Below, piece by piece: positions 1 through 7,872 of a DNA stretch of 64,000 nucleotides; positions within the stretch are counted from its first letter, which is position 1; every line of letters starts with the position of its first letter. This stretch comes from an uncultured Flavobacteriaceae bacterium (GTDB taxonomy: Bacteria; Bacteroidota; Bacteroidia; Flavobacteriales; Flavobacteriaceae). The DNA lies in assembly GCA_943787365.1 (NCBI GenBank), contig CALSMD010000006.1, positions 11,984-75,983 of the forward strand, read 5' to 3'. Both the position numbers and the translations under genes were made by a program. The notes beneath the pieces are model-generated. The model saw only the letters and a program-made list of their open reading frames with translations, did not search any database and was not told the DNA's origin.

Positions 1-1002
1 GGTTTCATCTTGCCAGTCCGTATTAACTCCTGTGGATTCAGAAAAAGGAATAGGATAGTCCTCAAGTTCTGGATAGTTATCAACTGTGAGTGCTTGTGAA
101 CCATCAAATGCACCGCCAGCTCTGTCTGGATTAGTAATTTGCTGATAAACTTGATTCAAAGCGCGTTGATTCATATAGGCTTCAAAACCTGGACCATCTA
201 AAATATTTATTTTTTCTCTTACCGATGTTAAATAACTATCTACAGTTAATGTAATTTTATCCTTCCCTTCATTTTTATTTGCAGACTTAGATGTGATGAG
301 TATGACTCCATTTGCTCCTCTTGCGCCATAGACGGCAGTTGCAGCAGCATCTTTTAAAACTTCAATTTTTTCTATGTCATTTGGATTGATAAAACTCATG
401 GAGCTTTGAGCTCCTCCAGAGTTTCCATTGCCTTGTGCATCCGAAATTGGACTGATCGGAATGCCATCCAATACATAGAGGGGTTGAGTTCCGCCAAGAA
501 TTGAATTTGTACCTCGTATTGATATTCCTACTCCGCCTCCTGGTTCAGCGCTTTCAGTAACTACAACTCCCGCAACTTGACCTTGTAAAAGATTCTCTAA
601 TGAGGATCCTCTATTTTGTTCTAATTGTTCGGCTTTAATTTGAGTGATGGACCCAGAAAGGTCTTTTTTGCTGACATCAAAATAACCAACACTAACAAGT
701 ACTTCGTCAAGTTGATCAATATCATCCTCCAATTTAATTGTAATGGGGGATGAAAAGACGAGAACTTCTTGAGTGATCATTCCTAAAAATGAAACAACTA
801 AAGTATCTCCAATTTTAGTGTTAATTTCAAAATTCCCATCAAAATCACTTGTTGTACCGTTTAGTGTTCCTTTAATTAATAATGTCGCTCCAGGAAGTGG
901 TTCATTAGATTTTGCTTCAACTACATTTCCTTTAAGTGAAAGGTTTTGTGCTACAATTATTGTTGGCAAAAAAATTAATATTAAGATCGTTTTTAATTTC
1001 AT
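1..1002 (-). CDS. SusC/RagA family TonB-dependent receptor, N-terminal part (runs off window start)
   Basis: Not in ORF track; hand translation from ATG at 1002: MKLKTILILIFLPTIIVAQNLSLKGNVVEAKSNEPLPGATLLIKGTLNGTTSDFDGNF..., with plug motifs QPLYVLDGIP and ILKDAAATAVYGARGANGVILIT. Confidence 0.93.
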   Translation of the reverse strand, partial: MKLKTILILIFLPTIIVAQNLSLKGNVVEAKSNEPLPGATLLIKGTLNGTTSDFDGNFEINTKIGDTLVVSFLGMITQEVLVFSSPITIKLEDDIDQLDEVLVSVGYFDVSKKDLSGSITQIKAEQLEQNRGSSLENLLQGQVAGVVVTESAEPGGGVGISIRGTNSILGGTQPLYVLDGIPISPISDAQGNGNSGGAQSSMSFINPNDIEKIEVLKDAAATAVYGARGANGVILITSKSANKNEGKDKITLTVDSYLTSVREKINILDGPGFEAYMNQRALNQVYQQITNPDRAGGAFDGSQALTVDNYPELEDYPIPFSESTGVNTDWQDET

Positions 1003-1143
1003 GTTCGTTCGTTGTTGTGTTAACAATATTCAAAGAAAAATGAGATTATTAGTTTAAATATTATCCAATACGGTTAATTAATTGATAAATGACAATTTAT
1101 TATTTCATCTTCTCTAGATTGTATTTTCCTTTAACTCTAAAAA

Positions 1144-4100
1144 CTAAGCCTCTTCACTATATTCTTTTGGTGTTTTGCCATAGAATTTTTTGAATTGTGT
1201 ACTAAAGTACTTTGGATCATTAAATCCGGATTCATAAGCAATTTCATTAATCCGTTTAGACTTATTTTTCTTAAGTAATTCTGAGGCGTGATTGAGTTTT
1301 ATTCTTATGACTAAATCAACTGGAGACATATTGGTTAACCCTTTTAATTTTCGAAATAAATTGGATCTACTAAGTCCTGTTTTTTTAGAAATTAAATCAA
1401 TAGAAAAATCACTATTGTTGATGTTATTTTTAATAATTTCTACAACATTAGACAAGAAGTTTTCATCTGGAGATTTTTCTTTGGCCTTTGTCTTTGAGCT
1501 TGAATTTGAAATTTGATACAAATTTTTTCTTGAAGTAATTAGATTCTGAACCATAACATTTAATATTTTCATATTAAAAGGTTTTTCCAAATAGGCATCA
1601 GCACCAATTTCTATTCCTTCAATTTTATCGTCAATATCGCCCAAAGCAGATATCATTATAATTGGGATATGACTCGTTTGAAAGTTTGTTTTAATAATTT
1701 TACAAAATTCCTTTCCGCCCATTACAGGCATCATAACATCTGTGATGATTAAATCTGGATTCTTTGCTAATGTGATTAATAGTGCCTCTTTGCCATTTGG
1801 CGCATCTAATACTTCATATTTTTTTTCTAATTCAATTTTGATGGTAGTTCTAAGATCTTCGTTATCTTCAACGAGCAACACCCGATAATTTGAATTGAGA
1901 TTAGAGTCAATAACTGAATCAAACTCTGATGAATTTGACTCATTTATCATTAGTTCTTTTTCTTTGTAATGTTCACTTCCATTTAGAAGAGTTACCGTAA
2001 AAGTAGATCCTATATTCACTTTACTTTTAAGGTCAATTTTTCCTCCGTGCAATTCAACAATTTTTTTAGATATCATCAAACCAATACCCGATCCTGAAAT
2101 CCCTTTATTTTTAATATTTGTACCTCTTGTAAATCTTGAGAAAATTTGTTTTTGCTCTTTTTCAGGAATGCCAAAACCATTGTCTATAAAATCTATTGTA
2201 GTATATTTTTTATCGACTGAAGCCTTTATTATAATTTCACCGCCATCATCAGTGTATTTAATTGCATTTGAAATCAAATTATAAAAAATACGAGATATTT
2301 TATTCTCATCAAACCATAGATATGTTTTTGGAACGGAAACTGAAATATCAATCGATTTTTTTTCGAGCAACGGCTCAACCTCAGCTACAGTTCCATGTAT
2401 AATTTTCTTTAAATCCAATTTGCTTACCGACAATTTAAGCATCCCTCGATCTGCTTTTTGAAAATCCAAAAGCTGTGTTACATATTCGTTTAAATTTTGT
2501 GTGTTTCGATGAATAAGTTCAATATTATTTTTAAACTTATTTTTATCAGAAAGCTGAGAAACTAAAAGTTGAATCAAGGTCACTGGGGTTCTAATATCAT
2601 GAGCGACTTCAGTAAAAAATTTAATTTTATTTTCATTGAATTTTTGGACAGATCTAGATTGTCTTACAAGGACAAAGAGGTATATTAACACAAAAGCTAA
2701 TAATGTATATCCCAAGAATGCCCAATGGCTAAGCCAAAAAGGGTCTTTGATGATGATGTCAAGCGTAAAAGATTCTGGGGACAGTACACCCTCTACATTG
2801 GTAACTTTTGTTTCAAGGAAATAAGCTCCTGGAGGCAATTTTGAGTACACCGCCTTTTCACCCGTTTTGGATATAATTGGGCGTTCGTCATACCCTTTAA
2901 GCTGCCAAGAAAATACTTGTTTTTTGGGGCCTTGAAAAGTTGGAGTTTCAAAATCAAAGCTTAAAGTATTTTGATTGTAATTAAGTTCGATTTTGTCTAG
3001 ATAGTTTATGTTTTTAGCAAGAATTGTAGAATCTGGTGCAACACCATTAACAAGAAAATCAGAAACATAAATCTTAAAATCTTCTTTATCTGGTGGTAAA
3101 TTTTGCGGATGGAAGAGCGTAGCACCTTTGGGGCCACCAAAGGCTAATTGACCGTTAATTGACTTTGTAGAGGCGCCAAAACCAAAGGTTTCTATTTTTA
3201 AACCATCGGCTTTATCATATTTTCGGATGACGCCCTTATCTATATCCAATTTCCAGAGACCTGAATAGGTCCCCAGCCACAACTTATTACCAGAAACTTT
3301 TTGAATAGAAAACACCGTTCCCGAATCAAAATTTAAATCTGTATTTATAAACTTGAACGTTTCAGAATCTAAATTATACTGAAAAAGCCCACTATTATTT
3401 CCAACCCAAATACACTTATTATCCTTATCAAAAAGTAATGAGTATATCTGATTGATATTTTTATACGTTTTACTTTTTATTTTCCTTGAGGTTTTTGAAG
3501 TCTTATTAATTTCGACCAATCCGCCTACAGAACCTATATAAATTAAATCTTCACCATTGGAAATAATAGACCTTGCATTACCGGTATTATAGGTATTGAC
3601 TAGTCTTCTATTTTTATAATGTTTGACAGGACCATCAATCCCTCCAAGCCAAATATCATTCTTATCAAAATAGGTTGCAAAAATGGACTTCGATTTTTTA
3701 CCGTTATCCAACAACAAAAACTTGTCTATTTTTGCTGATTTTGGGTCAAACTGAATTAATCCCATACCATAAACCCCCAAAATAAGGTTTTCTCCATATC
3801 TATTTATTGTTAATACAGCCTGCTTTGAAAGGTTTGAATTGCTATTATAATTTGTCCACAGCCCATCGGTTGAAAGTTTACTAATCCCAGTCTCTGTTCC
3901 AAACCATACATCGCCATTTTCATGGTAATAAATAGACCGAATATTATTATCATCAATACTATTTTTCTTGAATGGAACATAAGAAATATTTGTAAAGACA
4001 TTGTCTTTGGGATATATTAAATCTATACCAACTTCTCTCAATCCAAGCCAATACACGTTGTATTCATCAACAAAAATTTCATATATACTTTTTTGAGTGA

Positions 4101-4953
4101 TCGAATTAAAACTATCGGGGTCATATCTAAATTTATTGATGATTTCAAAGTCTGGACTTACAACAAACAAACCCAGCCCTTCTGGTGCAATTAATGCATT
4201 TTTGTCTTTGTCAAATGTGATAGATCTAATAGTGTTTTTTTTAAGTAGATGGGCATGAATTGTAGGAGGGTTAAGGTTCTCATTTTCGACAATATATACT
4301 CCTTGTTTATTTGTTCCAACCCAAATGCGATTTTGACTATCAAAAGCAAAATCAAAAATCTGATTGTTTTCGAGTAATGTATTGTGTTTTATTAAACGAC
4401 TGGTTTTTTCATCATAATCAAACACATTAATTCCCTTTGTTGAAGCAACGTATATTTTGTTGTTTTTAACATGAATTTTTCTATTGAAAGTAATTTTAGG
4501 GTATAATACTTTGCTTAATTTATTGGATTTAAAATTATATACCAAAAGACCATATTGAAGACCAATAACTAGGGTGTTATCATTAATCAATTCAAAACAT
4601 AAAAAATTCAGCTTTTTAAGGTTTAGGATGTTCTTAAAACTATCTTGATCATATAGATATTGAAATAGTTCTCCTGTTGAACTTAAAACTAAAAGATTTT
4701 CATCCTTACTAATAATATCTACAACACCATTGTTTAGAAATTGATTGTAATTTTTAAACTTAGATCCGGAATATCTATTTAATCCTTGTGAAGTCCCTAT
4801 CCACATATACCCCAAGGTATCCTTTTCAAAAGTGCGTACGGCACCGCTTAGAAAACCATCATAAACACCCAAATGTTTTATTTGTTGTCCAAATAGTGAT
4901 AAGGGAAGAAATATGAGTACAAAACGAGCTATAACAAAAAAACAGTTCTTCAT
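1144..4953 (-). CDS. Hybrid two-component sensor kinase/response regulator (HTCS) with AraC HTH
   Basis: Signal peptide, beta-propeller repeats (WIGT/WVGT/WLG), Y_Y_Y domain, TM, HisKA (AHDIRTP), HATPase (NLISNAIKYT, GSGIGL), receiver (DVMMP), AraC (SGFNDPKYFS). Confidence 0.95.
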   Translation of the reverse strand: MKNCFFVIARFVLIFLPLSLFGQQIKHLGVYDGFLSGAVRTFEKDTLGYMWIGTSQGLNRYSGSKFKNYNQFLNNGVVDIISKDENLLVLSSTGELFQYLYDQDSFKNILNLKKLNFLCFELINDNTLVIGLQYGLLVYNFKSNKLSKVLYPKITFNRKIHVKNNKIYVASTKGINVFDYDEKTSRLIKHNTLLENNQIFDFAFDSQNRIWVGTNKQGVYIVENENLNPPTIHAHLLKKNTIRSITFDKDKNALIAPEGLGLFVVSPDFEIINKFRYDPDSFNSITQKSIYEIFVDEYNVYWLGLREVGIDLIYPKDNVFTNISYVPFKKNSIDDNNIRSIYYHENGDVWFGTETGISKLSTDGLWTNYNSNSNLSKQAVLTINRYGENLILGVYGMGLIQFDPKSAKIDKFLLLDNGKKSKSIFATYFDKNDIWLGGIDGPVKHYKNRRLVNTYNTGNARSIISNGEDLIYIGSVGGLVEINKTSKTSRKIKSKTYKNINQIYSLLFDKDNKCIWVGNNSGLFQYNLDSETFKFINTDLNFDSGTVFSIQKVSGNKLWLGTYSGLWKLDIDKGVIRKYDKADGLKIETFGFGASTKSINGQLAFGGPKGATLFHPQNLPPDKEDFKIYVSDFLVNGVAPDSTILAKNINYLDKIELNYNQNTLSFDFETPTFQGPKKQVFSWQLKGYDERPIISKTGEKAVYSKLPPGAYFLETKVTNVEGVLSPESFTLDIIIKDPFWLSHWAFLGYTLLAFVLIYLFVLVRQSRSVQKFNENKIKFFTEVAHDIRTPVTLIQLLVSQLSDKNKFKNNIELIHRNTQNLNEYVTQLLDFQKADRGMLKLSVSKLDLKKIIHGTVAEVEPLLEKKSIDISVSVPKTYLWFDENKISRIFYNLISNAIKYTDDGGEIIIKASVDKKYTTIDFIDNGFGIPEKEQKQIFSRFTRGTNIKNKGISGSGIGLMISKKIVELHGGKIDLKSKVNIGSTFTVTLLNGSEHYKEKELMINESNSSEFDSVIDSNLNSNYRVLLVEDNEDLRTTIKIELEKKYEVLDAPNGKEALLITLAKNPDLIITDVMMPVMGGKEFCKIIKTNFQTSHIPIIMISALGDIDDKIEGIEIGADAYLEKPFNMKILNVMVQNLITSRKNLYQISNSSSKTKAKEKSPDENFLSNVVEIIKNNINNSDFSIDLISKKTGLSRSNLFRKLKGLTNMSPVDLVIRIKLNHASELLKKNKSKRINEIAYESGFNDPKYFSTQFKKFYGKTPKEYSEEA

Positions 4954-5040
4954 GTAATTGGTTTAGAAGTTGTTAAATTACATTTTTTTTGTTTGGTTTA
5001 TTAAGTTAGGACTCAAATAATTTAAAGATCATATAAATAA

Positions 5041-6546
5041 TTATTGATGATTCTTTCGATTTCGTTTTGATTTCATCACCTGTTTTAACCACCAATCTCG
5101 ATTAGGATTGTATTTATATTGAGCTTTCAATTTTGTAGCTTCTTCTCTAAGGTCATTTTCAATTTCATCATACCCTGAATCATTAATCAAATTATTCATT
5201 TCACCTGGATCTTTTTTAAGATCATACAATTCATCGATATCATTAGCTAAAAATGCATCTACCAATTTATATCTTTCTGTTCTAACTGCGATCTGATTGG
5301 GTCCAGCATAAGGCCAATAGGTGTCGAGATAATATTCGAATAAAATAGATTTCCGCCAGTTGTTGTCATTTTTACCTTTTAATAAATTCACCATAGATTC
5401 TCCTTGCATATAGCTAGGTTTTTCTATGCCTGCTAAATCAAGAATGGTTGGAGCAATATCAATATTTAAACATTGTTTCTCTATTTTTGTGTTTTTCTTT
5501 ATTAATTTAGGATAACGAATAAGCATTGGAACTCGCATAGAGTTTTCATACGCTAATCGCTTATCTAAAAAGGTATGTTCTCCCATAAAATAACCATTAT
5601 CACTACTGTAAATAACCACCGTATTCTCCAACTCACCCATTTCTTCCAAGGTTGCTAAAACCTTTCCAAGAGATTCGTCAATTGCAGACAAACAACGTAA
5701 AAGATCCATGTTTCTGTCATAATTTATTGGCCAATCCTTTTCGGGGAGTTCTGAAGGGATGGGGAGATTATTTTTCCAATCAAACCCAAAGGTCTTTTTT
5801 CGCTGCCATTCAGGCTTGCCTTTGAATGTCTCTTTATGAGTATCGTAAGGAGGTAAAGGCAATTCTTCTCCTAAGTACAAATCTGTATGTCGGGGAGCTG
5901 GCAAATGTGGTTGGTGAACAGCCTTATGCCATAAATTCAAACTGAAGGGTTTGCTTGGATCTCTTTGTTCTTTTAACCAAGAAATTGCTTTATCTGTCAG
6001 TATATCTGTCATATACCCTTTTTCTTGGTACTCTTGCCCATTATCATTGACCTGTGGATCGAAATACGCGCCCTGACCAATAAAACTAAACCAATAGTCA
6101 AAACCTGGCCTGATATGAGCCTCTCCTTTTAAATGAGCCATATGAATTTTACCGACATGAGCTGTTTGGTACCCTGAAGTCTGTAGATGACTTGAATAAG
6201 GTGCGAATTCATCCCATTTTGGATCAACATAACGGTTGTTTTGGTTAACTCCATGAATATGTGGATATGTCCCTGTTAAAAAACTAGCTCTTGATGGTGA
6301 ACATATGGACTGAGTAACAAAGAAATTTTCGACATTAACACCTTCCTTTTTCAATCGATCAATATTTGGAGTTTTTAGAAATGGATAACGACCAGAAAAC
6401 CCAACAGCATCAAATGGTTGATCATCTACCAGAACGAACAAGAAATTAGGTTGCTTTAATTTGTTGGTTTCTTGTTTTATTTGACCATTCAATACTGAAG
6501 TAGAAATTACAATTAATACTAGAACAAATACATTCGTTATTTTCAT
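5041..6546 (-). CDS. Family S1 (formylglycine-dependent) sulfatase, exported
   Basis: Signal peptide, PNFLFVLVDD, signature CSPSRASFLTG, SSDNG, DIAPTILDLAG, ELYDLKKDPGEMNNL. Confidence 0.93.
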   Translation of the reverse strand: MKITNVFVLVLIVISTSVLNGQIKQETNKLKQPNFLFVLVDDQPFDAVGFSGRYPFLKTPNIDRLKKEGVNVENFFVTQSICSPSRASFLTGTYPHIHGVNQNNRYVDPKWDEFAPYSSHLQTSGYQTAHVGKIHMAHLKGEAHIRPGFDYWFSFIGQGAYFDPQVNDNGQEYQEKGYMTDILTDKAISWLKEQRDPSKPFSLNLWHKAVHQPHLPAPRHTDLYLGEELPLPPYDTHKETFKGKPEWQRKKTFGFDWKNNLPIPSELPEKDWPINYDRNMDLLRCLSAIDESLGKVLATLEEMGELENTVVIYSSDNGYFMGEHTFLDKRLAYENSMRVPMLIRYPKLIKKNTKIEKQCLNIDIAPTILDLAGIEKPSYMQGESMVNLLKGKNDNNWRKSILFEYYLDTYWPYAGPNQIAVRTERYKLVDAFLANDIDELYDLKKDPGEMNNLINDSGYDEIENDLREEATKLKAQYKYNPNRDWWLKQVMKSKRNRKNHQ

Positions 6547-6737
6547 TTATTAGTTTTTTTTTATAGATAGTAAATTTTTAATTTATCTATAATCAAACAG
6601 TTCTATTTTAGGTCAAAAAAATTAAAAAATTGGTCATACACTGTTAAGCCTGTAAAGTTATCGCTATCAAATGTGTCTCACTGAAAATGATTTCAACTAA
6701 AGTACTTATAATTAAAATTACTAACCTTAAATATAAT

Positions 6738-6839
6738 AGCCATATTCTTTTCCAAAAAACCATACTCTGATAATATAATTAATATTGAAGCTTAAATAAT
6801 AATAAAAATTAAGTCAAATATCCTTTTTGTCATTTTCAT
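6738..6839 (-). pseudogene. Truncated, nonsense-inactivated copy of the small membrane protein at 6970-7140
   Basis: MKMTKRIFDLIFIII*(TAA 6792-6794, TCA in intact copy)ASILIILSEYGFLEKNMA; similarity ends at about 6738. Confidence 0.75.
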
Positions 6840-6893
6840 ACAAATACAATTTAAAAGTACAATCGAAATGTAATGTAATAAAATATCCCCAAA

Positions 6894-6918
6894 AATATTT
6901 AATTATTCTTGAGGATAA
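6894..6918 (-). terminator. Diverged copy of tRNA-downstream terminator hairpin (stem extends from about 6884)
   Basis: tatccccaa...ttgaggata; on the minus strand UAUCCUCAA/UUGGGGAUA with one G-U pair. Confidence 0.5.
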
Positions 6919-6920
6919 TT

Positions 6921-6948
6921 TGTGACCCAAACTTTCGAAAGTTCGAAC
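6921..6948 (-). other. Degenerate tRNA-Arg 3'-end copy (att-like scar)
   Basis: tgtgaccca-aactttcgaaag-ttcgaac versus tRNA tgtgaccca-gaaggga-ttcgaac; acceptor end and T-loop kept, spacer 5 nt longer. Confidence 0.6.
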
Positions 6949-6969
6949 TTATTAAGAAGTATTTTTCAA

Positions 6970-7140
6970 TTATTTCTTGAACTTAATCTGAGAATATTGT
7001 CCTAAAAAATATGCAATTAAAATAGGTATAAACGAAAAAGCCATATTCTTTTCCAAAAAATCATATTCTGAAAATATAACTAATATTGAAGCTGAAATAA
7101 TAATAAAAATTAAGTCAAATACTCTTTTTTTCATTTTCAT
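6970..7140 (-). CDS. Small (56 aa) predicted two-TM membrane protein, unknown function
   Basis: Hand translation MKMKKRVFDLIFIIISASILVIFSEYDFLEKNMAFSFIPILIAYFLGQYSQIKFKK*; basic termini flank two hydrophobic segments; the paralogous copy differs mostly by synonymous or conservative changes. Confidence 0.7.
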   Translation of the reverse strand: MKMKKRVFDLIFIIISASILVIFSEYDFLEKNMAFSFIPILIAYFLGQYSQIKFKK

Positions 7141-7230
7141 ATAAATATAATTTAAAAGTCCAATCGAAATTTAATATAATAAATTATCTCCAAAAATAAT
7201 TAATTATTCTTGGAGATAATTTGTGACCCA
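7039..7230. repeat. Direct repeat copy B (192 bp), ends inside the tRNA-Arg acceptor stem
   Basis: See copy A; both copies end in ...ataatttgtgaccca. Confidence 0.95.
7184..7219 (-). terminator. Terminator-like hairpin downstream of tRNA-Arg
   Basis: Perfect 10-bp inverted repeat ttatctccaa...ttggagataa directly 3' of the tRNA. Confidence 0.7.
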
Positions 7231-7297
7231 GAAGGGATTCGAACCCCCAACCGTCAGAGCCGAAATCTGATATTCTATCCAGTTGAACTACTGGGCC
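7224..7297 (-). tRNA. tRNA-Arg (anticodon TCG), CCA not encoded
   Basis: Reverse complement GGCCCAGTAGTTCAACTGGATAGAATATCAGATTTCGGCTCTGACGGTTGGGGGTTCGAATCCCTTCTGGGTCA: acceptor GGCCCAG/CTGGGTC, anticodon stem TCAGA/TCTGA with loop TTTCGGC, T-loop TTCGAAT. Confidence 0.96.
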
Positions 7298-7307
7298 ATT
7301 ATTGTAT

Positions 7308-7754
7308 TTAAGATAACTTTGCTTTTACTAAAGTTGATATTGTTTTTCCATCCGTTTTACCTGCAAGCGTTTTACTTACAACACCCATCACTCGTCCCAT
7401 ATCTTTCATTCCAGAAGCCCCTAAAGACGCAATGGTTTCAACCACTACTTTTTCAACTTCAGACTCCTCTAGCATTTGAGGTAAAAATTGACTGATCACT
7501 TCTACTTCTGCAAGTTCTGGCTCTGCTAAATCTAAACGGTTTTGATCCGTAAAAATAGCCGCACTGTCACGACGTTGCTTCACTAATTTTTGTAATAATT
7601 TAAACTCCTCTGCTTCGTTCAACTCTGCACCAGAACCACTTGTCTGTGCTAATAAAATAGCAGATTTTACAGATCTTAGTGCCGTAAGGGCTACTGTGTC
7701 CTTGGATTTCATTGCAGCTTTAAGTGCGGTCATGACTGAATCTTGTAAGCTCAT
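7308..7754 (-). CDS. GatB/YqeY domain protein
   Basis: AMKSKD..ALRSVKSAI, KLVKQRRDS, FLPQML, KDMGRVMG motifs. Confidence 0.9.
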   Translation of the reverse strand: MSLQDSVMTALKAAMKSKDTVALTALRSVKSAILLAQTSGSGAELNEAEEFKLLQKLVKQRRDSAAIFTDQNRLDLAEPELAEVEVISQFLPQMLEESEVEKVVVETIASLGASGMKDMGRVMGVVSKTLAGKTDGKTISTLVKAKLS

Positions 7755-7819
7755 AAGATTGAATTTAAATTAGTATGCGAATATAACAAAAACAAAAATT
7801 CTTATTCTTAAAAATAAAA

Positions 7820-7851
7820 AAAACCTGAAATGAAATTCTTCTTCAGGTTTT
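7820..7851 (-). terminator. Rho-independent terminator after ftsZ
   Basis: aaaacctgaa...ttcaggtttt inverted repeat with a U-tract on the minus strand. Confidence 0.7.
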
Positions 7852-7872
7852 AAATTTTAGTACCTATTGGTC

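Larger units (their letters stand above)
6738..6929. repeat. Direct repeat copy A (192 bp), pairs with 7039-7230
   Basis: Hand alignment at offset 301: ungapped, 18 mismatches in 192 bp (about 91% identity). Confidence 0.95.

Noticed and set aside
773-1057. 94-aa plus-strand ORF in the track
   Set aside because: Antisense shadow of the SusC N-terminus on the minus strand.
6738-7230. Repeat pair as a CRISPR array or IS ends
   Set aside because: Only two long direct copies; no short repeat-spacer pattern, terminal inverted repeats or transposase.
7283-7495. 70-aa plus-strand ORF overlapping the tRNA and yqeY
   Set aside because: Antisense to a well-supported gene and overlaps the tRNA; no recognisable motifs.
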